From contig CAWIAD010000002.1 of assembly GCA_963833985.1 (NCBI GenBank), forward strand, positions 3,008,001 to 3,072,000: a stretch of DNA of 64,000 nt. Reading direction: 5' to 3'. Positions within the stretch are counted from its first letter, which is position 1. Each line of letters starts with the position of its first letter. Positions 29,926 through 38,760 of this stretch are shown here, in pieces. Made by a program: the position numbers and the translations under genes. The notes under the pieces were generated by a model. That model was not told the origin of the DNA and did no database searches. It saw only the letters and a program-made list of their open reading frames with translations. This stretch comes from an uncultured Planctomycetaceae bacterium (GTDB lineage Bacteria > Planctomycetota > Planctomycetia > Isosphaerales > Isosphaeraceae).

Positions 29926-30492
29926 CTAGAGTTCGTCCTCGTGCGGCAGGAGCCGAGCCACCGTCTCGGTAAGGCGACACTGTCCGAGCGTGGCCAGATA
30001 TTCGGCCGCGGTCTTCGGGGGCCGCGTCAGGCCCTCCCGCTGACGCCGTGCCGACTCGAGTACGGCAGCCGGGGCCTCGTCCCAGAGACGGACGATGAAC
30101 TCATCTGGGTGCACGGCTTCGATGTGGTAGCCGCCCAAGACCGAGGCTGGGAAGTCGCTCAAGTTGAACGTGACGATGACCCCTGCTCCGCCGTGGATGG
30201 CTGCGGCGAGTACGTGACGGTCATCTGGGTCAGGGAGCGTGACGGTCCGGATGAGGAATTCATACCGGGTGATCAGGCAGTCCGGGACGTGCCGGTCCAT
30301 GAGTTCTCGACACCGGTCAAGGCTTTCCCGGGTGATGTCCGGACGGTCCGCCAGGACGCTCCGTATCCACTCGTCGTGGATTTCGTCGGTCCAACGGGCT
30401 TGGAAGAGGCTCGTCAAAGCAAGCCGCATGAGGAAATCGCGGAGCGGGGCCGGGTAGAGCACGCAGGCGTCGAGGACAACGATTCGAGCCAT
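29926..30492 (-). CDS. PIN-domain protein (PIN_3 type), putative toxin
   Basis: 'VVLDACVLYPAPLRD', 'LPDPDDRHVLAAAI...IVTFNLSDFP'. Confidence 0.9.
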   Translation of the reverse strand: MARIVVLDACVLYPAPLRDFLMRLALTSLFQARWTDEIHDEWIRSVLADRPDITRESLDRCRELMDRHVPDCLITRYEFLIRTVTLPDPDDRHVLAAAIHGGAGVIVTFNLSDFPASVLGGYHIEAVHPDEFIVRLWDEAPAAVLESARRQREGLTRPPKTAAEYLATLGQCRLTETVARLLPHEDEL

Positions 30493-30496
30493 GCGG

Positions 30497-30958
30497 TCAG
30501 TAGCCCATATCGAGGTCTTGGCTCAATGCCGCAAGCTCATCGAGGGCTTCGTGCCGCCTGGCCTCGAAATCCCGCTTGTAGGCGAGGAGGTCCGTCAGTA
30601 GCACGCGGCGGTGACTCCCCACCTTCCGGCCGGGAATCGCCCCCTCGTCCAGGAGCTTCACCAGGTGCGGCCGGGAGACGTTCAGGAGGTCAGCTGCTTG
30701 CTGGGTCGTCAGTTCCGCATGAACCGGCGTCAGGGTCACCGCGTTCCCCTGGCCCAGCTCCGCCAGTGCCCGGACGAGCAACCGCAACGCCAACGGAGGT
30801 AGCACCAGCTCCTCCCTCTCGGTGCCGGTTCTTAGCTCCAGCCGGAGCCCGCCTTTTTGACCCAGGTGGGCCGCGAGTTTCTCGCCCATTTCCCTGGCCA
30901 GGGCCGCGTCGGCCTCGCTCGGTGTGACCACCTCATTGCCGTTTGCCAGTTGGGCCAT
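30497..30958 (-). CDS. Excisionase-like HTH protein (putative antitoxin)
   Basis: 'ELTTQQAADLLNVSRPHLVKLLDEGAIP..KVGSHRRV'; typical partner of PIN_3 proteins. Confidence 0.9.
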   Translation of the reverse strand: MAQLANGNEVVTPSEADAALAREMGEKLAAHLGQKGGLRLELRTGTEREELVLPPLALRLLVRALAELGQGNAVTLTPVHAELTTQQAADLLNVSRPHLVKLLDEGAIPGRKVGSHRRVLLTDLLAYKRDFEARRHEALDELAALSQDLDMGY

Positions 30959-31249
30959 CGCTTGCCGCCTCCTTCCGTCGGTTCTCGACTCCCAATTACG
31001 CTACCACATCCGAACCATAATCGCAACAAACGAAACAATGCCACCGGGCGGCATGGGCGTCGATTACACCGGAAGGTCAGGCATCTTGCGACTTCTCAAC
31101 AAGCGGAGGGCTTACGATCGGCAGATATTCTCATGAAGCGCGGTCCAACGGGCTTTCTTCAGGCTTGTTATCCATGAAAGCTTGCGCGATGGCTTCCGGT
31201 GCGTCCATCGTTAGGATGCGTTGCATGTCCCATCGCTCCTCATCGCTCC

Positions 31250-31636
31250 TATCGCTCCTTGGAGCGGCTTGACCACGGCAAGCCAGGCGGCCAGGGCAAG
31301 TTCGGACAACGAATCCCGCACGGACGGCTTGCACGCCACCCTGAACTGTGGCTGGCCCCATTCGTGCTCCTGGACGATCCGGCCGCGGAGCCGACGAACA
31401 ACCGCGCGGAGCGGTTGCTTCGCGACCCGGGCGTCATCGCGCGGAAGGTATCGTGCGGGAACCAGACCGAGGCGGGTCAGGGCGCATGGGAGCGGCTGAC
31501 CAGCGTGGCGATGACCTGCCAGCAACACTCCCAAGACTTCGTCTCCTGGCTGGCCGGGTGCCTGCCCCTCGACGCTCAGGTGCTCCCTATCCCGCCGCCC
31601 CCAACCCAGGCCGCTCGACCCGAACGCCGGGAGTAA
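31250..31636 (+). pseudogene. IS66-family TnpC transposase C-terminal remnant
   Basis: 'LDDPAAEPTNNRAERLLR..VIARKVSCGNQTEAG....LTSVAMTC'. Confidence 0.75.
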
Positions 31637-31788
31637 TCCCCCGGGGCCACCCGGCCCGTTTCCGTCCCCGGCCTGAGTCGATGATCGCGTGAAGAGCTTC
31701 GCGTCCCCTCGGCATCAATACCTCCTTACATCAAGATCACGCTTTACTGCCTTTCAGGGTAAACGACGTGTTGATCTCGGCTGAAACA

Positions 31789-32073
31789 TCACGGCCCGCC
31801 ACGATAGACGTCCTTGCGATGACCAAGCCGAAGCACGATCACGATCAAACGGTCATCCCGGATGGCGTAAATCACACGGTAGTTGCCCACGCGAATTCGA
31901 TAGAGGTCGTCTTCCCCGCTCAGCTTTTTGACGCCTCGCGGACGTGGCTCAAACCCCAAAGCCTCAATGTGAGCCGCGATGCGTTCGCGAGGTTTTCGGG
32001 GAAGATCGGAGAGCTGCTTGAGTGCTGATGGAGTGATCTCGATCTGATACCTGGGTTCCGGTCCTGTAGCCAC
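31789..32073 (-). CDS. relE: RelE/ParE-family toxin
   Basis: 'YQIEITPSALKQL...PRPRGVKKLSG..LYRIRVGNYRVIY...GHRKDVYR'. Confidence 0.93.
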   Translation of the reverse strand: MATGPEPRYQIEITPSALKQLSDLPRKPRERIAAHIEALGFEPRPRGVKKLSGEDDLYRIRVGNYRVIYAIRDDRLIVIVLRLGHRKDVYRGGP

Positions 32074-32076
32074 CTG

Positions 32077-32328
32077 TCAGAGCCCTAGTTCGGCCTTGGC
32101 CTGATCCCAAGGGATCGTTCCTCCGCGCTCGATTTCCTCCAAGGCTTGCCGGGCGGCCTTGAGGTCTCGACGGCGCTCGATTACCTCCAGGAGTGCCAGA
32201 TCCTCAACAGAGACAATCGCGGCGATCCCCTTGTTGTGCCTGTGGATCAGGTATCGAGCGCCCTTCCGTGCGCGTCTTACCACGCCAGCGAAATCCTTCC
32301 TTGCCTCGCTAGCAGTCACTTTGATCAT
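32077..32328 (-). CDS. Phd/YefM antitoxin
   Basis: 'VTASEARKDFAGVV...IHRHNKGIAAIVSVEDL...IPWDQAKAELGL'; GGAGG RBS. Confidence 0.9.
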   Translation of the reverse strand: MIKVTASEARKDFAGVVRRARKGARYLIHRHNKGIAAIVSVEDLALLEVIERRRDLKAARQALEEIERGGTIPWDQAKAELGL

Positions 32329-32348
32329 CAAGTGATGCCTCCCATATT

Positions 32349-32434
32349 TTTGTACAAAGCTGCCAAGCACAGCTATCTCTATCATACGGTATTTTCAGCA
32401 TTCTTGAACACGCCGCATAGACATTTTGTACAAA
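32349..32434. promoter_or_regulatory. Two TTTGTACAAA palindromes, putative Phd-type autorepression operators
   Basis: Perfect 10-bp palindromes at 32349-32358 and 32425-32434 upstream of the antitoxin; GTAC core typical of Phd/YefM operators. Confidence 0.65.
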
Positions 32435-32582
32435 GTATTCCAGACAAATGGGATAGGGAAACGCTGAGCAACCAGAGCACGCCACAGCCCCTCCTGCCCC
32501 GCCGGTACCCCGCCAATTGGACGAAGCGGCTTCGCCGCGGGCTGGCATCCTTGAGACGAATCGCTACTGGCCACTTGCACTG

Positions 32583-33088
32583 ACATCGACCTGAATCCAG
32601 TGGCAGCGGGCCTGGCCAGCGCGCCAGAGACGAGCGCTCATACGTCAATCAAGGAGCGGGTGGAGCACGTCCAGGAGCAGGGCCGGACCGAGGACCTGGA
32701 GGCCGCCAGGGCCGGCAGTGTGGCGGGGTCGCAGGCGGCTGCGGGGCTGGAGGAGGGGCTGTGGCTCTGCCCGATCGAGGACCGCCGCAGCCTCGGCTCA
32801 CCGCGCGAAGGGATGCTCGAGGGATTCGCGCTGGGCAGCTACCTGCTGCTGGTGGATGACACGGGCCGGCTGTTCCGGGAGGGGAAGGCGGCCATCTCGG
32901 TGGAGCTGGCCGGGATCCTGGAGCGGCTGGGAACGAGCGCCGAGAGCTGGCGGGCGCGGCTGCTGAAGCTGGCTGGCGGCCGGCTACTGGGGCGGTTCTT
33001 CGCGGCGACCCGAGGACGCTTGCGGGAGATTGCCGGGCGGCTGAACGTGCACCACCTGGCGAACCTGGGCGGCTGCGCCGCGGGGTGA
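32583..33088 (+). pseudogene. C-terminal fragment of a Y1/HUH (RAYT-like) transposase lacking the catalytic Tyr
   Basis: 'IDLNPVAAG...HTSIKERV...WLCPIEDRR...YLLLVDDTGRLFREGKAAIS...GRFFA'. Confidence 0.85.
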
Positions 33089-33537
33089 GCGCCCCGCGGA
33101 CTCGAAGGTTTCGGGAGACGCGAGGTGGACGCGCGATGGTCGCTGTCTCGGTCGAGGATCGGGTCGGCTCTTGAGCTCGTGTCCGCGAGAGCACGGACAG
33201 CACAGGCAAGACCAGGGTCTCGCCCCCACGGACCCGGAAGAATTTCGATCCTGTCGCGGATCGGTCCTCGCGGGACCGATCAGGGTGTGCACCGCAAGCA
33301 CACGGCCATTCATCACCCACGCCGATACTGGCCGGAGGTCCGATAAAGCCACCGCAAGATCCCGGGGCTTTGTGCCGTAGACTGATCATGACGGCGTCGT
33401 GCGCCGGCTCCTTGACAATGCGGTTGTTTGTGACGATCACGCGCGCCGCCAGGGTCCGGCGGCGCGCGGAGATCCATCCCGTTTTCCACACGGCCCCGGG
33501 CAACCCGCCCTGAAGTGTGCCAGGAAAAAACTCCAAT

Positions 33538-33637
33538 CGAAGCCAATCGAAGAACGGAAAAACGATGTCTAAGTCGTTGTAGCGGAGCGAATAGCGTCTG
33601 GTGGCTTCGCTCCTGGGAGCTCGAGAACGAAGCCATT
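33538..33637. repeat. CGAAGCCA(A/T)T-bounded ~100-bp module, copy 1
   Basis: Boxes at 33538 and 33628, inverted TGGCTTCG at 33602; same spacing as 34179-34277. Confidence 0.6.
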
Positions 33638-33843
33638 CTGGTCCGGCCAGGGCGAGCCGTGGAAGGGAGCGGCATTTCCAGGGGGGGGGTGGTCGAGCGC
33701 CGGGCTACCACGGCGAGCGAGGAATGCCGTGCACCGTGCCCGAGTTCTTGAAACAGGGTGCATTGCTCCACGCCGACCGACCCCGCCAGGCGGTGCAAGA
33801 GTCGCACCATGGAGGGGCTTTAGCGACTATACCGTTGAAATAG

Positions 33844-33996
33844 CGTTAGAGCGGTTTTCTGGCGCGTTGCAGGCAGTTTCTGAGTTTCTAAAGGGGGGGG
33901 CAGACATTCCTGTCTGCCTGGACAGGCCTGCTCCGGCAGGCAGGAATGCCTGCCCCCCGGTTCCAGTCTGCGATCCGAGTGAAAACCGCTCTAACG
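33844..33996. repeat. 16-bp inverted-repeat element enclosing a REP doublet
   Basis: CGTTAGAGCGGTTTTC / GAAAACCGCTCTAACG; inside GGGGGGCAGACATTCCTGTCTGCC (33895-33918) and inverted GGCAGGCAGGAATGCCTGCCCCCC (33935-33958). Confidence 0.85.
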
Positions 33997-34022
33997 AAAA
34001 GGGGCAAGAGGATTGCGACAGA

Positions 34023-34150
34023 CTTGTTCCCACGCTCTGCGTGGGGACACCGGTCGGGACGCTCCGCGTTCCACGGATTTCCCAGCCTCGGCGCGGGCTC
34101 AATCGACGCGGTGCGTCGCAGACGGCATTCCCACGGAGCGTGGGAACGAG
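34023..34150. repeat. REPIN-like palindromic element (GTTCCCACGCTCYGCGTGGG family)
   Basis: CTTGTTCCCACGCTCTGCGTGGG...GACGCTCCGCGT...GACGCGGTGCGTC...CATTCCCACGGAGCGTGGGAACGAG. Confidence 0.8.
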
Positions 34151-34178
34151 GGAAGCGTCGCACCATGTTGGGGCTGAG

Positions 34179-34280
34179 CGAAGCCAATGAAAAACCGAAA
34201 GACCGGATCTAAATGGATATCGATAAAGGATTAACGTCGAGAGAACTCGTTTCAGTCGGTCCGAAATCGAAGCCAATTTG
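34179..34280. repeat. CGAAGCCAAT-bounded ~100-bp module, copy 2
   Basis: Boxes at 34179 and 34268; TCTAAAT at +29 and TAACGTC at +53. Confidence 0.6.
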
Positions 34281-34367
34281 CCCGGGGCGGACTCGCGTGG
34301 TGAACCAGGACGGGTCCGCACCGGATGGCCGGGGCCGTAGCGCGGTCATCGGGCGGGGGCGGCTGGA

Positions 34368-35309
34368 TCAGCGTCTCAGCCAGTTCATTCCCAGGCCGGC
34401 GAAGAACGAGCTGATGGGCCCGCGGCGGGCAGGAGGCGGGGGCTGCGGGGCCGCCGGCGCCTGATCAGGGGCCGCATTGGTGCCGGCTGGAGCGGGATCA
34501 TTCTGGGTCACATCCGCCAGCGGAGCAGCGGAATGCGAAGCGGTGCCATCGGCCTCTTCCACGGCAGGCAGGGTGGCATCGGACATTGCCAGGATCGGTC
34601 CGGGGTCGCTCTGCCGGCGCTCGTTGCTGCGCTGCCGGTTCCACGAGGTGCGCGGCGGGGCGGCGGCGGGCCGGCCGGGTGCGGCAAGCTCCGGTCCACC
34701 TGGGGCGGAGCCGGCCGGAGCCGCGGGTCGAGCGGACCTCGAGGCCTGAGGCCGTCCGGCCGGGTTGGAGTCTGGAACGTCGAACGGGGAGGTTTCGGTC
34801 GCGGGGGCCGGCGTGTTCAGCCGTGGGACCTGGGTCCCGTTCCGCGGTGCTCCGGCTCCGGGCGTGGGACGAACAGCCGGAGGGTTCGCGGGGTTGTCCA
34901 TCTCGAAGGGCGACCGCTCATCCTCGGCCGGCGGATTCGGGATCGGAGGCTTCACGCCGGGCTCGATACCAGGGGCCTCCTGGTCGCCGCCCTCGATATC
35001 CGAGGGAGGTGGCTTGGGTGCCTCGATCGGCAGCTTGCGCAGCTCTTCCTGCGTGTTCGGGCCATACTCGCTGGGCAGGTTCCATCCCCTGGGGAACTGA
35101 CGCCACTGCGTGGGGAAATAGCCGTAGTACTGGTCGCGGTAGAGCTTGTAGATCGGCTCTTCCTGCGAGCACGGCGTTCGCTGCCGCTTGATCGGATGCA
35201 GAGGAAAAAGCCCGCTCTGTTGCGCCTGGGCCAGTCCCGAAAAGCTCATGACGGCCGCAGTGACGGCAAGAGCCAGACCCGGTTTCCGACGCCATCGTTT
35301 CGTCAGCAT
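34368..35309 (-). CDS. Secreted Pro/Ala-rich hypothetical protein
   Basis: Signal peptide ending AQA; 'YYGYFPTQWRQFP' followed by a low-complexity tail. Confidence 0.75.
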   Translation of the reverse strand: MLTKRWRRKPGLALAVTAAVMSFSGLAQAQQSGLFPLHPIKRQRTPCSQEEPIYKLYRDQYYGYFPTQWRQFPRGWNLPSEYGPNTQEELRKLPIEAPKPPPSDIEGGDQEAPGIEPGVKPPIPNPPAEDERSPFEMDNPANPPAVRPTPGAGAPRNGTQVPRLNTPAPATETSPFDVPDSNPAGRPQASRSARPAAPAGSAPGGPELAAPGRPAAAPPRTSWNRQRSNERRQSDPGPILAMSDATLPAVEEADGTASHSAAPLADVTQNDPAPAGTNAAPDQAPAAPQPPPPARRGPISSFFAGLGMNWLRR

Positions 35310-35648
35310 TCCTTGCCTCGACCGGTCGCGGTGGCTTGGTTCGCCTCCTGAGTCCTGGGCGGAGGCTGACCCGGCATCTCACAGTCTTCCGAGGAACTTG
35401 GATCGGGTACGAAAGCGAGTTTACTCCAGAGGATCTGGGTAATTTCGGAAGATTCCGTACTTTACGCAAGAACCGATCGCGCGAGGTTTGCTCGTGGGCG
35501 GGACTCTACCTGTTCCATGCATTTGAGCGAGGAAAACGTTGATAGGGCGCCGGGGACCAGCCGATTTCCAAAGAGAGAACGACGCGGCGAGCGCCGGACT
35601 GTGGCGGCGCAGGAAGCCGCCGGCACGTGGTGGAAAGGAGTGTCCTCG

Positions 35649-36236
35649 ATGCGCGGATGCGGATGGAGATCCTGGTTTCGCGGTGCGGCCTGTGCCGGCC
35701 TGCTGGGCGTGGCATGGGTACCGGGACTGCACGCCCAGACGCAAGCCAGCGCCGCGGCGCTGCCGGGGATTGGCTTTTTGCCACAGACGGCACTCGGCGG
35801 TTCGACGACGGGCGGCGTCGGAGTCATGGCGTTTCCGATGCTTGCGGGCACGGGGGCAGGAACCGCGCAGGCGGGCTCATCGGGTGCCGTGAACCCGGCG
35901 CTGGATCCGCTTGGCCTGAGCTACATCTATGGGCCGGCGGCAATCCCGATGACGCAAGCACAAGCCGGACTGTTCATGCTCTCGGCGGAGCAGCGGATGC
36001 TCGGGCTGGGCAACGGCCAGATCAGCGGGACTCGCCCCGGGGGCCAGGGCACCGGCGTGCGTGGAGCCAGAGGCGCACAGCCGGTGCAGGCCTCGGCGGC
36101 ACACCCCAGGAAGGCGAATACTCCGGGGGGGCTGGCGGCCAGCTACTTTCACCGCGGCATGGCCGCGCCGGCACGCTCCGCGCCCCACTTCCAGCGTCCC
36201 CTGCGTTATTTCCCGTTGCCCCAAAGAGGGCAATAA
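35649..36236 (+). CDS. Secreted Gly/Ala-rich hypothetical protein
   Basis: AAAGGAG RBS; signal-like N-terminus. Confidence 0.6.
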   Translation: MRGCGWRSWFRGAACAGLLGVAWVPGLHAQTQASAAALPGIGFLPQTALGGSTTGGVGVMAFPMLAGTGAGTAQAGSSGAVNPALDPLGLSYIYGPAAIPMTQAQAGLFMLSAEQRMLGLGNGQISGTRPGGQGTGVRGARGAQPVQASAAHPRKANTPGGLAASYFHRGMAAPARSAPHFQRPLRYFPLPQRGQ

Positions 36237-36472
36237 CGCGAATCCAGGGGTTTTGGATTTGAGCGAGCGCGGGATTGTGCCGATTGTAAGTCGTGTCAAG
36301 ACCGATCCGGAAGAATCAGAACCGGTCGGCCCCTCGGTGAACAATGCAGGGATCGGGGGCAGGATGGCCTGCACGGCGGGCAGAACCGTCCGTGGAGGAT
36401 CACGGCGGTTGCGATGGTCCGAAACTTCGGGGCCTGCTCGGCCGGACTCGGAGTGCCGGGAGGGAGTGGTGC

Positions 36473-37402
36473 ATGGATCGCACAGGAACTATCCGCCGGG
36501 CGGGCTGGCTGCTGACGCTGGTCGTTTGCGCCGCAAGCGGATGCCAGACGGTCAGAACGCCCGAAGAGAAGATCGCCAGCAGCAGTATTCCCAGCGAGTT
36601 CAAGAAGGTCTCGATGCCAGACTATGTGCTCGAGCCTCCGGACCTTGTGCTCGTCGAGGTCCTGGAGGCCCTGCCGGGCAGGCCCATCTCCGGTGAACGG
36701 CTGGTGCGGCCCGACGGGAAGATCTCGCTAGGCTTTTACGGCGACGTGTATGTGACAGGCCTGACCATTCCTGAGGTGAAGGAAAAGATCGTCTTGCACC
36801 TGCGCAAGTTCCTCACCGATGAGGTGCTGGGCCTGGTGATGCTGGACCCCATGACCGGCGGCCCGGCACTCGACGAGAAGGGCAAGCCGAAGATCGTCGA
36901 GCCGAAGGACAGCGACCGCGTATTCGTGGACGTAACGGCTTATAACAGCAAGAATTATTACGTCCTGGGTGACGTCGGCGCGCCCGGCAAGCTGCCGATC
37001 ACCGGCAACGAAACGGTGCTCGACGCCATCCAGTACGCCGGCGGGTTGATCCCCACCGCGGCTCCCAACAACGTGCGGCTGGTGCGCCCTGCGCCGCCTG
37101 GGGCCTGCTGCGAGCAGGTCTTGCCGGTGAACCTGGCGGCGATCATGAGCGGCGGTGACTCCACCACCAACTACCAGCTCATGCCCGGCGACCGGGTCGT
37201 GGTCTATCGCGACCCGATCGTGCGGACGACCATCTTCATCGACCGGCTCGCCGCCCCGTTCCAGACGGTGCTGAACTCCATCTTGCAGTACTCCTTCACG
37301 GCCCGCTCGGTCGAGTTCTTGAGACTGGGCGCACGAGGAGTTGGAACCGCGGCATCGACTTCCACGACCCCCACCCTGGCGACCCAGCCGGGGGCCCGTT
37401 GA
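36473..37402 (+). CDS. Polysaccharide biosynthesis/export (Wza-like, SLBB) lipoprotein
   Basis: Lipobox ASGC; 'YVLEPPD', 'VRPDGKISLGFYG', 'YVLGDVGAPG', 'NYQLMPGDRV'. Confidence 0.9.
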   Translation: MDRTGTIRRAGWLLTLVVCAASGCQTVRTPEEKIASSSIPSEFKKVSMPDYVLEPPDLVLVEVLEALPGRPISGERLVRPDGKISLGFYGDVYVTGLTIPEVKEKIVLHLRKFLTDEVLGLVMLDPMTGGPALDEKGKPKIVEPKDSDRVFVDVTAYNSKNYYVLGDVGAPGKLPITGNETVLDAIQYAGGLIPTAAPNNVRLVRPAPPGACCEQVLPVNLAAIMSGGDSTTNYQLMPGDRVVVYRDPIVRTTIFIDRLAAPFQTVLNSILQYSFTARSVEFLRLGARGVGTAASTSTTPTLATQPGAR

Positions 37403-37703
37403 CTCCGGATCTGCCCGGGGTCTGAAAATGTGAGCTGCTGAGAGTAGCGCGAAGGCATTCCGACAGCCGAGCCAGTCCTTTTCTCGGGGCTGGCTCGGCT
37501 GTGTGCATGAGGCCGCCTCCCTCCGGGGCACCCGCCGAATACGGCCCTGCCGCCGGCGATCAGGCTTGACCTCAGGCCTGGCCTCGGTAGATTTCTGAGG
37601 GTCGACGATTCCTTGATGCCTGGAGTGATTGTCCTTGGAAGCAGCCGTGCGCGGGGCAATTTCTGGCGTTCGCGATCAGCAGTCACCCAGGCCGCGCCGA
37701 TCC

Positions 37704-38378
37704 ATGCGCGCTCGGGTCGTCAGATTGGCCCTGGCGCTTGCCATGCTTGCGGCTGCCTTGCCCGTAGGCTTTCTGCTACGCCCGCTGGTCGATAGCAACC
37801 TGGCCGCCGTCGTCCCCGGCAAGCTCTTCCGGGCGGCCCAACCCACCTCGCGGCTCCTCCGGATCATCAAGGAAAACCAGCTCGCCGCGATCCTCAACCT
37901 GCGCGGCGGGTCGGCAAGGGACTGGTGGTACACCGCCGAGGTCCGCACGGCCGGGGCCAACGGCGTCGCGTTCTTCGACTTCCCCATGAGCGCGACGAAG
38001 CGGCCGTCGCGCCGGGAATTGCTCACGCTGATCGATTTCTTCGACCATTGCCCGTACCCCTTGCTCATCCATTGCAAGGCCGGCGCCGACCGGACCGGCC
38101 TGGCCACGGCAATGTACCTGATGATGAAGGAAGGCGAGCCGCCGCGCCAGGCGTTACGGGCGTTCACGCTCTATCATGGCCATGTCCCCATGTTTGGACC
38201 GCAGCATCTGCATGAACCTGTGGATGAGTATGCGGCCTGGCTCGATGCGGAACGGCTCGAGCACACTCCCGCACGGCTCCGCGCCTGGGTTAAAGACACC
38301 TATCACTCTGCCGATCCGAGTGTGAATCCCGCGCCACTTCCCAGGGGCCCGCGCAGAGCGTTACCGTACCTTGAATAG
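37704..38378 (+). CDS. Cys-dependent tyrosine/dual-specificity phosphatase with N-terminal anchor
   Basis: HCKAGADRTG; 'GKLFRAAQP', 'ILNLRG'. Confidence 0.9.
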   Translation: MRARVVRLALALAMLAAALPVGFLLRPLVDSNLAAVVPGKLFRAAQPTSRLLRIIKENQLAAILNLRGGSARDWWYTAEVRTAGANGVAFFDFPMSATKRPSRRELLTLIDFFDHCPYPLLIHCKAGADRTGLATAMYLMMKEGEPPRQALRAFTLYHGHVPMFGPQHLHEPVDEYAAWLDAERLEHTPARLRAWVKDTYHSADPSVNPAPLPRGPRRALPYLE

Positions 38379-38760
38379 ATGGTCCGCGCCGGTCCGGACC
38401 AGACGGCTGCCCCCGCCTCCAAGCTTCAATCCCGCTCCGTCTCACTGCCGACGCATCGCTTGCCGCATTCGAATAGCAAGCTTAAAATGCCAACGACTCG
38501 CTAGACGACCAAAGCCTTTTTATGCCGAGCATGCCACGTTCAGCCCATTGCACCCCCCTGGCCACTCCAAGTGACCGTGGATGTCTGTCTGCGGGTACGC
38601 ATGTTTCCCTATGTCAACATGTAGACCCGTCATGGGGCTCGTAACGCATCCAGATCACGGAGCAGTTCGTTGAAAAGCTTTCATCTTGGTGCCAGGGCCG
38701 CACTTTGACGCTATACAACAAGGCTCCTCTCAGACCAGCGTCAGCCCACGGGGACGTACC

